A DNA stretch of 64,000 nucleotides from Candidatus Multivoradales bacterium (lineage in GTDB: Bacteria; Acidobacteriota; Thermoanaerobaculia; Multivoradales; JAHEKO01): the NCBI GenBank assembly GCA_965223875.1, contig OZ245024.1:492015-556014 (forward strand), in the 5' to 3' direction. The first letter of the stretch is position 1; each line of letters starts with the position of its first letter. Below are positions 37,845-47,894 of this stretch, in pieces. The notes under the pieces were generated by a model. That model made no database searches and was not told where the DNA came from. It worked only from the letters and a program-made list of their open reading frames with translations. A program made the translations under genes and the position numbers.

Positions 37845-38019
37845 GGGATCGGGCGCTTGGCGCTGTGCGATCCGGGCGAAAAGTAGCACAGGGGGGCGGG
37901 GGGACCAAGGGTTGGGCGGGCACGGGGTAGCCGGATCGATGTCGGGGTGGGATCTCTCCGCTTCGCGGCCGGTGGCCGCTACGGTCGAGATGACGAAGGG
38001 GGAGGGCGTGGAGACTTGA

Positions 38020-38050
38020 CCTACGGCCGGCAGGGGCGCCGGCCGCTTCA
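38020..38050. repeat. Solo partial copy of the 87-bp palindromic repeat family
   Basis: 'acggccggcaggggcgccggccgcttcag' matches the unit core found at 41630-41882 and 43367-43677. Confidence 0.6.
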
Positions 38051-38065
38051 GGACCCTGACTGTCT

Positions 38066-39349
38066 CTACAGGCGGTTTGAGGTCAGGGTCTGGAAGACGG
38101 TGTCGCGGCGGATGCAGGTCTCTTCACGGCGGGGGCCGGTGGAGACGATGCTGACCGGGGCTCGCAGGGCGTGCTCGATGTACTGGACGTACTGCTGGGC
38201 GGCGGTCGGGAGCTCCTCGAAAGACGTCGCGGCGACGGTGTCGGTCTGCCAGCCGGGTAGGGTCTCGTAGACCGGCTCGGCGCGGGCCAGGGCGGCGAGA
38301 TCGGCGGGGAACTGCCGGGTCTCCTCGCCGTCGATCCGGTAGGCGACGCAGACGGGGATCTCCTCGAGGGTGTCGAGGACGTCCATCTTGGTCAGGGCGA
38401 TCGACGAGATGCCGTTGACGCGGCGCGCGTATCCGGCGGCCACGAGGTCGAGCCAGCCGCAGCGTCGCGGACGCCCGGTGGTGGTGCCGAACTCGGTGCC
38501 CCGCCCACGGATGAAGTCGCCCAGCTCCCCCAGCAGCTCGGTCGGGAACGGTCCCTCCCCCACCCGGCTGGTGTAGGCCTTGAGGACCCCGATGACGCCA
38601 TCGATCATCGCCGGCGGGACGCCGGAGCCGGTGCAGGCGCCTCCAGAGGTCGAGCTCGAGCTGGTGACGAACGGGTAGGTTCCATGGTCGATATCGAGCA
38701 ACGCGCCCTGGGCACCCTCAAAGAGGATCGAGCGGCCCTCGTCGAGCCAATCGTGCAGGAGGTAGGTCGTATCGGTGACCAGCGGCTCGAGACGGTCGCG
38801 CCACTCGCGGCACAGCTCGGCCATCACCTGGGCGTCTTCGGGCCGCTCCAGTGCACGCGTCAGGGCACCGATGCGCCGGTCGAGGTCCTCCGACCAGAGA
38901 TCGCAGAAGCGAACACCCTCACGTGACACCTTGGTCTGATAGGCGGGTCCGATGCCCCGGGCCGTGGTTCCGATTTTGTCGTCACCGCGGGCCGCTTCGA
39001 GAGTTTCGTCGCGCTGCATGTGGACCGGCAGGAGGACCTGGGCCCGGTCGGAGATGAACAGGCGTCCTTCCGGCTCGATGCCCATCTCGATCAGGCCGTC
39101 GAGCTCCTCGAAGAGAGCTCCGGCGTGAATGACCATGCCGTTGCCGAGAACGCAGGTCATTCCCTCGTGCAGGATGCCCGAAGGCACCAGATGGAGGGCG
39201 TAGTGGCGATCCTCGAACTTGACCGTATGGCCGGCGTTGTTGCCACCCTGGTAGCGAACCACGCCGTCGAAGGCCGGGCAGAGCAGATCGACGATCTTTC
39301 CCTTGCCCTCGTCGCCCCACTGCATGCCGACGATGACTGTGCTGGCCAT
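38066..39349 (-). CDS. purA: Adenylosuccinate synthetase
   Basis: 'MASTVIVGMQWGDEGKGKIVDLL...GGNNAGHTV...' is a canonical PurA. Start is the ATG at 39347-39349. The 843-aa ORF in the track is an upstream read-through artefact. Confidence 0.9.
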   Translation of the reverse strand: MASTVIVGMQWGDEGKGKIVDLLCPAFDGVVRYQGGNNAGHTVKFEDRHYALHLVPSGILHEGMTCVLGNGMVIHAGALFEELDGLIEMGIEPEGRLFISDRAQVLLPVHMQRDETLEAARGDDKIGTTARGIGPAYQTKVSREGVRFCDLWSEDLDRRIGALTRALERPEDAQVMAELCREWRDRLEPLVTDTTYLLHDWLDEGRSILFEGAQGALLDIDHGTYPFVTSSSSTSGGACTGSGVPPAMIDGVIGVLKAYTSRVGEGPFPTELLGELGDFIRGRGTEFGTTTGRPRRCGWLDLVAAGYARRVNGISSIALTKMDVLDTLEEIPVCVAYRIDGEETRQFPADLAALARAEPVYETLPGWQTDTVAATSFEELPTAAQQYVQYIEHALRAPVSIVSTGPRREETCIRRDTVFQTLTSNRL

Positions 39350-39531
39350 GACGAGTTCGTCTCTGTTCGGGTCGGGCCTTGATGACCTGCCGGGGCCCTG
39401 CTGATCTCGAGGGCTTTGCCGGACCGCGCGGACAGTACCAGAAGGCGCGACACCTGGGCAACGCGGCTGATCGTACGACAAAACGGCCGCCCGAACCGGG
39501 CGGCCGTCGAAAGATCGATTCGATCGTGATC

Positions 39532-41016
39532 CTAGGGAATCGGGTCGGGATCGCTGTCCGTGCAACTGGCGAAGTCGAGGGCGAAGATCTGCCTGCCGCA
39601 ATCCCCGGCCCCGAGATTGACCGTCCTCGAACCGTTGCCCGAAGCATCCGTGACGAACGGGCCGAGGCTGCCGATCGGCTCGCCGAGACCGAAGATCGTC
39701 CCCTTGCAGCGGGTGCCCATGAGCTGGAAGTTGCTGCCCGGAGTTCCGATCGCCATCACCACCTCGGAGTTCGGCGACGCGTTGGCGACGTGAATAGTGA
39801 CGTTGCCCGGACAGGAGCCGGTAACCGACGACTGGATCGCACCGTTGCGGAACAGCTCCGTGTAGTCGTCGTTGAGGTTGCTGGCCATCCAGTTCTCGCG
39901 CTGTCCGGCGATGCCGGTGGGGACGCCGTTGTGGGTGACGCCCGGGTTCGACCAGTGGGCCACGCGGGTGCAGCCGCCGACGCACTGATTGGAGTAGGAC
40001 ATGATCGTGCGGTACGAGCCGCTGACGAAGTGGCCGAAGGCGAACGGGTGCGAGGCGGAGCCTGGAGGCGCTCCGTTGGCTGGATCGTGCTCGAAACCCT
40101 GGTTGTGGCCGTGCTCGTGGGCGTAGGTCAGGTTGCCGACCGCGCAGACGCGGGCCGTGACCTGAAAGGCGCTGTCGGCGAAGGTGTGGCTCGGATTGCG
40201 CATCACGTAGGCCACGCCGCAGGCCGCGGGCCAGTTCTCGATCGTGAAGCCGACCATGTCGGCGCGATACTGGTTGCGCAGCGCCCTGACGCCCGGGTCG
40301 TTGCGAACCCAGCTGAGGGCCGACGAGCCGTTGCCGTTCTCCACCCAGGGAACCTCGGCGGTGTGGACGAGGTTGTAGCGGGCATCGGCGTTGCTGTCCA
40401 TGAAGCCGGTGTTGGCGTTGTCGACCGCCGCCTGGATGGTCGCGGCGATCGCCGCGGGGCCACCGGCGCCGATCCGGGCCAGATCGGTGTAGACGCCGAG
40501 GACGTCGAGCTCGACGAGCGCTCCGGGCTCGGAGGCCGACATCGGCCGCGGCCCCTTCTCGTTGTGCGCGTAGCCGACCTTGCCATCGACCGCGCACGGC
40601 GGGTAGAGATCCTGGTCGACGCGGGCGAAGCCCTGGCCGCCGTCGCGCAGTGTCGAGAGCTCGTAGACGCCGTCGGGCGAGTAGACGAGGCCGACGGCGT
40701 AGCCGTTCTTCACCGTGATGGTCACCCGGTGGCCTTCGCCCAGGTATCCCCGCCAGGTGACGTCGTCCGCAGCACGCAGCTCCAGATCGGAGAGACGGGC
40801 GCTGTAGGTCCTGCCGTCCGACAGGGTCACGTCGAGAGCCTCGGCGCCGGCGAGCAGCGCGTCGATGTTGGGTCTGACGAGACGCGCGTCGATCGACGAC
40901 TGCGAGAACAGATCCGGATCGGCGGGAGCCGATTCGATGAACAGGCGGTCGGCGTGCGCCGCGGCGCCGAAGGCCAGGATTCCGATGGCCAGACAGAGGG
41001 ACAGTTTCCGCTTCAT
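39532..41016 (-). CDS. Secreted metzincin (reprolysin-like) zinc metalloprotease with C-terminal PPC-like domain
   Basis: Signal peptide 'MKRKLSLCLAIGILAFGAAAHA'. The HExxHxxGxxH motif is 'HEHGHNQGFEHD'. The C-terminal domain is shared with the repeat protein at 34111-35631. Confidence 0.75.
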   Translation of the reverse strand: MKRKLSLCLAIGILAFGAAAHADRLFIESAPADPDLFSQSSIDARLVRPNIDALLAGAEALDVTLSDGRTYSARLSDLELRAADDVTWRGYLGEGHRVTITVKNGYAVGLVYSPDGVYELSTLRDGGQGFARVDQDLYPPCAVDGKVGYAHNEKGPRPMSASEPGALVELDVLGVYTDLARIGAGGPAAIAATIQAAVDNANTGFMDSNADARYNLVHTAEVPWVENGNGSSALSWVRNDPGVRALRNQYRADMVGFTIENWPAACGVAYVMRNPSHTFADSAFQVTARVCAVGNLTYAHEHGHNQGFEHDPANGAPPGSASHPFAFGHFVSGSYRTIMSYSNQCVGGCTRVAHWSNPGVTHNGVPTGIAGQRENWMASNLNDDYTELFRNGAIQSSVTGSCPGNVTIHVANASPNSEVVMAIGTPGSNFQLMGTRCKGTIFGLGEPIGSLGPFVTDASGNGSRTVNLGAGDCGRQIFALDFASCTDSDPDPIP

Positions 41017-41291
41017 GATGAGAGAGCCTCCTCGCTCGGATGGTTCGCGGAGATGTTTACGAGTGGACGTAGTGTAGACCGGAGGGGGCGGTCGATGCAT
41101 CTGCGGGGTCTCGAAGCTCGTACCGGCGGTGTATCGCAGACCCTTCGAGCACCCTGTCGCGCCTCTTTGAAGGCCCTTCCGGAAGCCTCGAAAGAGGGTC
41201 CGTCGAAGGTCCTTGAGCGGCCTGATCGAATCGGTATAATGACGCGCGTCGAAGGAACCAGCCCTTCAATACTCAGAGGAGGACGTAACGG

Positions 41292-41546
41292 ATGACCCAC
41301 ATCATCGCCGAGCCTTGTGTGGGCACGAAGGACACTGCCTGCGTGGACGTATGTCCGGTCGACTGCATCTACGGGAAGGATGAGGATTGGGAGATCCTGT
41401 ACATCCATCCGGAAGAGTGCATCGATTGCGGACTGTGTATCGACGCGTGCCCGGTCGAGGCTATCTTTCCGGAAGAGGAAGTGCCCGAGCAGTGGCATGG
41501 CTGGATCGCCAAGAACTACGAGCACTTCGGCTTTACGGCTCCCTGA
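41292..41546 (+). CDS. fdxA: 7Fe (FdxA-type) ferredoxin
   Basis: Cys clusters 'CVDVCPVDC' and 'CIDCGLCIDACP' with overall similarity to Azotobacter FdI. 84 aa. Confidence 0.85.
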   Translation: MTHIIAEPCVGTKDTACVDVCPVDCIYGKDEDWEILYIHPEECIDCGLCIDACPVEAIFPEEEVPEQWHGWIAKNYEHFGFTAP

Positions 41547-41629
41547 GCGATCGAATCAGCGAACGAGAAAGAGGGACGCGCCGTTCGGCGCGTCCTTTTT
41601 TCATGGGCGCACGGACGGCCCCGCATCGC

Positions 41630-41882
41630 CTGAAGCGGCCAGCACCTCTGCCGGCCGTCGGTGGTCGACGGGGACAACGGCCGGCACGGGGGCCGGCCGC
41701 TTCAGTCGAGGTTGTTCTGAAGCGGCCGGCGTCTCTGCCGGCCGTCGGTGGTCGATGGGGACAACGGCCGGCACGGAGACCGGCCGCTTCAGTCGAGGTT
41801 GTTCTGAAGCGGCCGGCGTCTCTGCCGGCCGTCGGTGGTCGATGGGCACAACGGCCGGCACGGAGGCCGGCCGCTTCAGTCA
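41630..41882. repeat. Array 1 of the 87-bp structured palindromic repeat (about 3 tandem units)
   Basis: Unit 'ctgaagcggccggcgtctctgccggccgtcggtggtcgatggggacaacggccggcacggagaccggccgcttcagtcgaggttgtt'. The period is 87 bp (unit starts 41630, 41717, 41804). Each unit folds into a long imperfect hairpin: ctgaagcggccgg/ccggccgcttcag outside, tgccggccgt/acggccggca inside. Confidence 0.85.
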
Positions 41883-41901
41883 GGGAGTACGATCGGGTGG
41901 C

Positions 41902-43287
41902 TCAGTGAACCAGGTGCCACTCGGTCTGGCGCCCCGCCAGATACCAGACTGTCTCGCCGTCGTAGATCGCGCTCTGCTCGAGCTTGATCCGGACCAGATC
42001 GCCGTCCCACTCCGGCACCGGAGCCGCGATGTTGCCCTCGATGGCGTAGCCCGTGCCCGGATAGAGCGGCCAGTCGCCACGCACCGGTGTCGGGCCCTGG
42101 TTGTCCCACATGCCGATGGTCGGGCCGGGAGCGTGGCCGAATGCGCCCAGCGGATGCGTGTAGGTGCTCGAGACGATGCCCTCGGCCTCGGCGTCGGCGA
42201 TGGTCGCGGCGAGGATCTCGTTGCCGGTCCGTCCGGTGACGAAGTTGCCGGTCAGCAGATCCTGCCAGCGGTTCCCGATCGCCAGCGCCCGGCGCAGTCC
42301 CTCGGGAGCCTCGGTCTCCCCCATACGTAGCACGTAGCCCATCTCCTGGGTGTCGGTGCAGAGCCTCAGGTAGCAGACGCCCACATCGGTGTGCAGCACG
42401 TCGCCACGCTGGATCACGGTACTGCTGTCGCCGCAGAAGGGACTCTCGAGCGTGCAGTCCATACCCGGACGCTGGACGTTCACGCTGGGCATGAACCAGG
42501 CCGCGAGATCGAGATCGGCGAAGCGCTGGCGGATGTACCAGGCGACGTCCTCGGTCGTCGTCGCGCCGGGCGTGATGACGCGCTCGGAGAAGGCCTCCGC
42601 GATCACTCCCCGTGCCAGACCGACGATGTGCGGGTAGACCTCGAGCTCGGCCGCGGAGCGGGTCTCCATCCAGCGGACCACGAGCTCCTCGGCGCTCACC
42701 AGGCGCCCCTGGAGCTCGGCGGGCAGCACTTCGATCAACCGGTCGCGCAAAGCCGCCGTCAGTCCGTCCGCCACCGGCCAATGCCGGCTGACGTTGATGC
42801 CGATCGACTTCGGATCGCGCTCGGCGATGACGTCCGCCAGAGCCGCCCACTGCTCGTCGAGGTCACCACCCTTCCAGGCGCTCTCGTAGAGCTGCCCATA
42901 GGGATACCGGTTCACCGTCAGGCGCTCGACGCCCTTCTCCTCGCCGCGATCGAAGAAGACCAGCATCGTGGTCCGCCGCGCCGCGAAGACCGGCTCGGGG
43001 GCCAGCGAGAAGAAGACCGGGTCCTCGGCGTACTCGCGGTTGACCACCACCCACATGTCGAGGCCGACTTCGCGCATGAGACGCGGCAGCAGGGTGTCGA
43101 GGCGCTGCTTCAGGATTCGGTTGGTCGGCTCGACGCGCGCGCGCTGTGAAAGCACGGCTCCCGGAGCCCACACAACCCTTCCTTGATCCGCGCCCTCCTC
43201 GGCCGCCAGGGGCCTTGGCGCCAGGCCGGTCACCGGGATCACACCGAGAGCGACAACGAGTACCACCACGGACACCACACGCATCAT
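41902..43287 (-). CDS. Secreted M24 family metallopeptidase (Xaa-Pro/creatinase-like)
   Basis: Signal peptide 'MMRVVSVVVLVVALGVIPVTGLA'. M24 pita-bread fold segments 'HTDVGVCYL...', 'HPLGAFGHAPGP' and 'YAIEGNI'. Confidence 0.7.
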   Translation of the reverse strand: MMRVVSVVVLVVALGVIPVTGLAPRPLAAEEGADQGRVVWAPGAVLSQRARVEPTNRILKQRLDTLLPRLMREVGLDMWVVVNREYAEDPVFFSLAPEPVFAARRTTMLVFFDRGEEKGVERLTVNRYPYGQLYESAWKGGDLDEQWAALADVIAERDPKSIGINVSRHWPVADGLTAALRDRLIEVLPAELQGRLVSAEELVVRWMETRSAAELEVYPHIVGLARGVIAEAFSERVITPGATTTEDVAWYIRQRFADLDLAAWFMPSVNVQRPGMDCTLESPFCGDSSTVIQRGDVLHTDVGVCYLRLCTDTQEMGYVLRMGETEAPEGLRRALAIGNRWQDLLTGNFVTGRTGNEILAATIADAEAEGIVSSTYTHPLGAFGHAPGPTIGMWDNQGPTPVRGDWPLYPGTGYAIEGNIAAPVPEWDGDLVRIKLEQSAIYDGETVWYLAGRQTEWHLVH

Positions 43288-43366
43288 CCGAACCCTCCTC
43301 AGATTGTTTCGGACGGCGAGCCTACACCAGGACGTGCGCGACCGGCAGGTGGGGCCAGGCATGGCG

Positions 43367-43677
43367 TGCCGGCCGTTGTCCCCGTCGATCACCGACGGCC
43401 GGCAGAGACGCCGGCCGCTTCAGAAAGTCCTCGGCTGAGGTGGCCGGTCTCCGAGCCGGCCGTTGGCCCCGTCGATCACTGACGGCCGGCAGGGACGCCG
43501 GCCGCTTCAGAGGACCCTCGGCTGGGGTGGCCGGTCTCCGTGCCGGCCGTTGTCCCCGTCGATCGCCGACGGCCGGCAGAGGCGCCGGCCGCTTCAGAGA
43601 GTCCTCGACTGAAGCGGCCGGCCACCGTGCCGGCCGTTGTCCCCATCGACCACCGACGGCCGGCAGGGGCCTACTGC
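43367..43677. repeat. Array 2 of the 87-bp palindromic repeat (about 3.6 units, inverted relative to array 1)
   Basis: The units are the reverse complement of the array-1 unit ('gccggccgttgtccccgtcgatcaccgacggccggcagagacgccggccgcttcag' plus a 31-bp linker). It lies upstream of the M24 gene and at the end of mltF. Confidence 0.85.
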
Positions 43678-45074
43678 CCGAGCGTGGCGCTCGAGACGAG
43701 GATGCCCGGAGGGATGCCGCGGCTGCGCGAGAACGACTCCTCGAGTAGTTTTCGGTAGCCGCGAATTCGCTCGACGAAGATGACCGGCTCGTTGCCCCGG
43801 GCGTACCCGTGGCGCAGCTCCCGGTAGTACCTGGGTTGCGACAACAGCGGCAGAACCTCGCGCATGTCGTCCCAGGAGTCGGGATCCTTGCCCAGCTCGG
43901 CCGCCAGTCCCCGGGCGTCCCGCAGGTGGCCGTATCCGACGTTGTAGGCGGCCAGGGCGAGGGAGATCCGATCGGCTTCCGAGACCGAGTCCGGCATCCG
44001 GTCGATCAGTCCTTTCAGGTACCTGGCGCCACCGAGGATGCTCTCGTACGGGTCGAGTCGGTCGACGCCGAGCTCCATCGCGGTCGACGTGGTCAGCATC
44101 ATCAAGCCACGCACTCCGGTACCGCTCACCGCGCGCGGGTCCCAGTGCGACTCCTGGTAGGCGACCGCCGCCAGCAGTCTCCAGTCGACGCCGGTGGCCT
44201 CGTCGACGTCCTGGAACAGACCCTCGAAGATCGGCAGGCGGCTCTCGACGCGGCGGAAGAAGACCGTGTGGTCGTAGCGCTCCACATCGCGAGGGCGCCA
44301 GTAGTAGCGGTTGAGCAGGCTCTGCAGGCGTCCACTGCGGCGCATGGCATCGAACCACGCCTCGAGCGGCTCGGCGAGGTCGCGCGAGCTCTCGGCGACG
44401 AACCAGGCCAGGTGCTCCCCGTCACCGAGGGCGAACGGAGAGCGCAGCTCCGGCAGGAGGCCGCGGCTCATCGCGACGATGTTCGAGTCGGCGACCGTAC
44501 AGTCCACTCGTCCCTCCGCCACCGCCATCAGGAGCTGCTCGGTCGACTCCTTGGCCGTCGAGGTCCACTCGAGTCGAGACTCGACCTGACGCAGGCCGGC
44601 CAGGGTCTCCTGATAGCTCGAGTCGGCGATCACCCGGATCGCGGTGCCGACCAGGTCGCCGAGATCGCGTACACCGGCATTCGGATGACAGACGAGCTGC
44701 TCCTCGATCTCCTGATACTCGGGCCCGATGAGAAACGCGGCGGCCCGTTCATCCGTCCGGGTCAGTCCGGCGGCGGCCAGGTCGACCCGCTCCTGATCCA
44801 CCGCGTCGAGGATCTCGCCGATCCCGTCCATGACGACGAACTCGACCTCGAGTCCAAGCTCGTCGGCGAATTCGCGGACCAGCTCGTACTCGAGTCCGGC
44901 CAGCTGCCCCTCGCGGTCCTCGTAGTAGGTCGTCGGCGAGTTTCGGGTCGCGACCGTGAGGGTCGTCCGGGGCTCAGGCGATCGCGCGCAGGCGCCGAAC
45001 AGGAGCGCACCCGTCATCATGGCCGCGCAACCGCGCAGCGACACCAGTCGCTCGAATGGAGATCCAGAGCTCAT
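43671..45074 (-). CDS. mltF: Membrane-bound lytic murein transglycosylase F
   Basis: N-terminal periplasmic-binding (SBP_bac_3-like) domain plus a C-terminal SLT domain 'AVAYQESHWDPRAVSGTGVRGLMML'. Confidence 0.8.
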   Translation of the reverse strand: MSSGSPFERLVSLRGCAAMMTGALLFGACARSPEPRTTLTVATRNSPTTYYEDREGQLAGLEYELVREFADELGLEVEFVVMDGIGEILDAVDQERVDLAAAGLTRTDERAAAFLIGPEYQEIEEQLVCHPNAGVRDLGDLVGTAIRVIADSSYQETLAGLRQVESRLEWTSTAKESTEQLLMAVAEGRVDCTVADSNIVAMSRGLLPELRSPFALGDGEHLAWFVAESSRDLAEPLEAWFDAMRRSGRLQSLLNRYYWRPRDVERYDHTVFFRRVESRLPIFEGLFQDVDEATGVDWRLLAAVAYQESHWDPRAVSGTGVRGLMMLTTSTAMELGVDRLDPYESILGGARYLKGLIDRMPDSVSEADRISLALAAYNVGYGHLRDARGLAAELGKDPDSWDDMREVLPLLSQPRYYRELRHGYARGNEPVIFVERIRGYRKLLEESFSRSRGIPPGILVSSATLGQ

Positions 45075-45283
45075 CGACTACTCCCCTACGCACCTTTGTG
45101 ATTCTACCGAATAGGTCCCCGTCGAGCACCCTCGACGCCTCGCAGGACGCTCCGACGGGCACCTCGACGGGCGCCTCGATGGGCGCCTCGCGGGCGCTGT
45201 GCGAGGCGGGGACGCTCAAAACCGGAAAGAGCGGGCAGGGCGACCGGTCCTCTCGGATCCGGCCGCCCGAATGCCGCGCACCC

Positions 45284-46783
45284 CTAGTAGCGGTACATGT
45301 CCGGCTTGTACGGACCCTCCACCGGGATGCCGAGGTACTCGGCCTGCTCGGCGGTCAGCTCGGTGAGCTCGACGCCGAGGTGATCGAGGTGCAGCCGTGC
45401 CACTTCCTCGTCGAGATGCTTCGGCAGAACGTAGACCTCGCGGTCGTAGTCGGAGCGATTGCGGTAGAGCTCGAGCTGGGCGATCACCTGATTGGTGAAC
45501 GACGCCGACATCACGAAGCTCGGATGACCGGTGGCGCAGCCCAGGTTCATCAGGCGGCCGGCGGCCAGAACGAGCACACTGTGACCGTCCGGGAAGACCC
45601 ACTCGTCGTACTGGGGCTTGATCTCGAGATGGCGGATGCCCTCGACCTTCTTCAGCCCGGCCATGTCGATCTCGTCGTCGAAGTGACCGATGTTGGAGAC
45701 GATCGCCTTGTCCTTCATCGCCGCCATGTGCTCGGTGGTGATGACGTCACGATTGCCCGTCGCGGTGACGAAGATGTCCGCCTCGCCGAGAACGTCCTCC
45801 ATCGTGCGGACCTCGTAGCCCTCCATCGCCGCCTGCAGCGCGCAGATCGGATCGATCTCGGTGACGATCACGCGGGCCCCCTGGCCCTTGAGCGCCTGGG
45901 CGCAGCCCTTGCCGACCTCGCCGAAGCCACAGACGACCGCGACCTTTCCGCCGATCATCACGTCGGTGGCGCGGTTAAGCCCGTCGACGACCGAATGGCG
46001 GCAGCCATAGACGTTGTCGAACTTGCTCTTGGTCACCGAGTCGTTGACGTTGATCGCCGCGAAGAGCAGCGTGCCGGCCTCCTGCATCTGGTAGAGCCGA
46101 TGCACGCCGGTGGTCGTCTCCTCGCTGACTCCCAGGACGCCCTCGGCCGTCCGGCTCCAGCGATCCGGGTTGGCCACCAGCTCCTGGCGCAGCAGGTCGA
46201 GGATGACGCCCCACTCCTCGGGCTCCGAGTCGGCATCGAAGGCCGGGACGCTGCCCGCCTTCTCGAACTCGTAGCCCTTGTGGATGAGGAGCGTCGCGTC
46301 GCCACCGTCGTCGACGATGAGATCGGGACCCGAACCGTCGGGCCAGAGCAGCGCCTCGCCGGTGCACCACCAGTACTCCTCGAGGGTCTCGCCCTTCCAG
46401 GCGAAGACCGGGATGCCGCGGGGATCGTCGGGCGTGCCGCCGAACTCGGTCGGTCCGACGACGACCGCAGCCGCCGCGTGGTCCTGGGTCGAGTAGATGT
46501 TGCACGACACCCAGCGAACGTCGGCACCGAGCTCGGCGAGGGTCTCGATGAGCACCGCGGTCTGAATCGTCATGTGCAGGCTGCCCATCACCTTGGCGCC
46601 GGAGAGCGGCTTCTCGGCGCCGTGGCGGCGGCGCAGCTCCATCAGGCCCGGCATCTCGTGCTCGGCCAGGCGGATCTCCTTGCGGCCCCACTCGGCGAGG
46701 CCGAGATCGGCGACCTTATAGGGATCGCGGCCGCTGTCGAGGGCGGCGGCGAAGGGACTCTCGGTCATCGTTGCTGTCGTCAT
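45284..46783 (-). CDS. ahcY: Adenosylhomocysteinase
   Basis: Full-length similarity to SAH hydrolase, including the NAD-binding '[20 protein letters not shown]'. Start is the ATG at 46781-46783 ('[10 protein letters not shown]'). The 683-aa track ORF is an upstream extension. Confidence 0.9.
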   Translation of the reverse strand: MTTATMTESPFAAALDSGRDPYKVADLGLAEWGRKEIRLAEHEMPGLMELRRRHGAEKPLSGAKVMGSLHMTIQTAVLIETLAELGADVRWVSCNIYSTQDHAAAAVVVGPTEFGGTPDDPRGIPVFAWKGETLEEYWWCTGEALLWPDGSGPDLIVDDGGDATLLIHKGYEFEKAGSVPAFDADSEPEEWGVILDLLRQELVANPDRWSRTAEGVLGVSEETTTGVHRLYQMQEAGTLLFAAINVNDSVTKSKFDNVYGCRHSVVDGLNRATDVMIGGKVAVVCGFGEVGKGCAQALKGQGARVIVTEIDPICALQAAMEGYEVRTMEDVLGEADIFVTATGNRDVITTEHMAAMKDKAIVSNIGHFDDEIDMAGLKKVEGIRHLEIKPQYDEWVFPDGHSVLVLAAGRLMNLGCATGHPSFVMSASFTNQVIAQLELYRNRSDYDREVYVLPKHLDEEVARLHLDHLGVELTELTAEQAEYLGIPVEGPYKPDMYRY

Positions 46784-46890
46784 CACGCGTCTCCTGTCAT
46801 TCTCGGTGTGGTCGTTCTCGTTGCGGTGATTCTCGAAACGGTCCTTCTCGGTGTGGTATCGCCGTGGATCTGTCGTCTTGCGGTGATCTG

Positions 46891-47853
46891 TCAGGCCGGA
46901 ACCTCGGCCGTTCGCGCCGCGGAGGCCACGAAGAGGATCGGCCCTCTCGCCTCCGGATCGGGTGACAACCGGCGATAGCGGACCGACTGGAATCCGGCGC
47001 GCTCCAGCCAGGCGGTCAGCTCCCCCTCCGGGAAGCCGAGCCACTGGTGCCCCATCTGCTGCTGATACTCGACGCGATCGTGCGGCACCATGTCGAGAAC
47101 CACCAGGCGCCCACCCGGCTTCAGGCAGCGGGCGACCTCGGCGAACGCCTTCTCCGGGCTCGCCAGGTGATGAAGCACCAGCACCATGAGCGCGGCGTCG
47201 AGCTCGTCGTCGGCGATCGGAAGTCGCTCGAGCTCCCCCTGGCGCAGATCGACGTTGCCGAAGCGGCTCAGACGACGCCGCGACTCCTCGATCATCGGAG
47301 CCGAGCTGTCCACGGCGATCACGGAGCCGACCCACTCGGCGAGCTGCGCCGCCGTGCGACCGGTGCCGCAGCCGAGATCACCAACCACCCACTCGGGGTC
47401 GAGCAGGCCGAAGACGGCGGTGAGCTCGGCGGATGCGCCGAACAGCTCGACGCGGAGCTCGTCCCATTCACCGGCCGAGCGGTCGAAGAACTCGCGCGAG
47501 CGGGCACGGCGCGCCGCGAGAACACTCTCGAGACGCAGGGCGTCCTGCTCGCCGACCGCACCCGAGGCGACATGGGCGCTGACGACCTTCCACAAGTCGC
47601 TCGCTTCCGTATCGAGGGCCTCGGGCGCCATCGCGTAGTAGCGCGTGGTTCCCTCCCGGCGCGCGGCGATCCAGCCGTCGTCCGCCAGGACCTTGAGGTG
47701 ACGACTGACGGTCGATTGCGGCGCCTGGAGCACGTCGCAGAGCTCCGAGACCGAAAGCTCCACGCCGTCGAGCAGCACCAGGAGGCGGCTCCTGATCGGA
47801 TCGGAGAGAACCTGCATCCGATCGAGAATGGCTGGCTTGGTCGAGACCGTCAT
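46891..47853 (-). CDS. ArsR/SmtB-family HTH regulator fused to a class I SAM-dependent methyltransferase
   Basis: N-terminal '[41 protein letters not shown]' is ArsR-like. C-terminal '[16 protein letters not shown]...[11 protein letters not shown]' is a methyltransferase fold. It lies directly upstream of ahcY on the same strand. Confidence 0.75.
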   Translation of the reverse strand: MTVSTKPAILDRMQVLSDPIRSRLLVLLDGVELSVSELCDVLQAPQSTVSRHLKVLADDGWIAARREGTTRYYAMAPEALDTEASDLWKVVSAHVASGAVGEQDALRLESVLAARRARSREFFDRSAGEWDELRVELFGASAELTAVFGLLDPEWVVGDLGCGTGRTAAQLAEWVGSVIAVDSSAPMIEESRRRLSRFGNVDLRQGELERLPIADDELDAALMVLVLHHLASPEKAFAEVARCLKPGGRLVVLDMVPHDRVEYQQQMGHQWLGFPEGELTAWLERAGFQSVRYRRLSPDPEARGPILFVASAARTAEVPA

Positions 47854-47871
47854 GACGTCGTTCGCGCGGAC

Positions 47872-47894
47872 TTATATCCGTCGATCCGGATAAA
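47872..47894. promoter_or_regulatory. Imperfect 12-2-12-like inverted repeat at the ArsR-MT start (candidate autoregulatory operator)
   Basis: 'ttatatccgtcgatccggataaag' is palindromic (atatccg/cggata(t)). It sits about 20 bp upstream of the start codon at 47853. Confidence 0.35.

Noticed and set aside
38066-40597. 843-aa ORF in the track on the minus strand
   Set aside because: Only the C-terminal 428 aa (38066-39349) are PurA, with a clear 'MASTVIVGMQWGDEGKGK' start. The upstream 415 aa are Arg/Gly-rich read-through, antisense to the real metalloprotease gene in another frame.
41387-41908. ORFs 41317-42330 and 41387-41908 (+), 41601-41861 (-), 43146-43748, 43183-43482 and 43540-43758 (+) running through the 87-bp repeat arrays
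   Set aside because: They read through tandem palindromic repeats, so the peptide itself repeats ('RPASLPAVGGRWGQRPARRPAASVEVVLK' x3). They are artefacts of repeat DNA, not genes.
41630-43677. Possibility that the two repeat arrays are CRISPR arrays
   Set aside because: The segments between the palindromic cores are conserved between units rather than unique spacers. The units are 87 bp with internal nested palindromes. No cas genes are nearby.
46784-46895. SAH riboswitch upstream of ahcY
   Set aside because: This genomic position is the classical place for it. By eye, though, the leader is a low-complexity CACCGCAAC/CACACCGAGAA repeat and shows no recognisable SAH-riboswitch pseudoknot elements. 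It is kept only as a finding to test with a covariance model.
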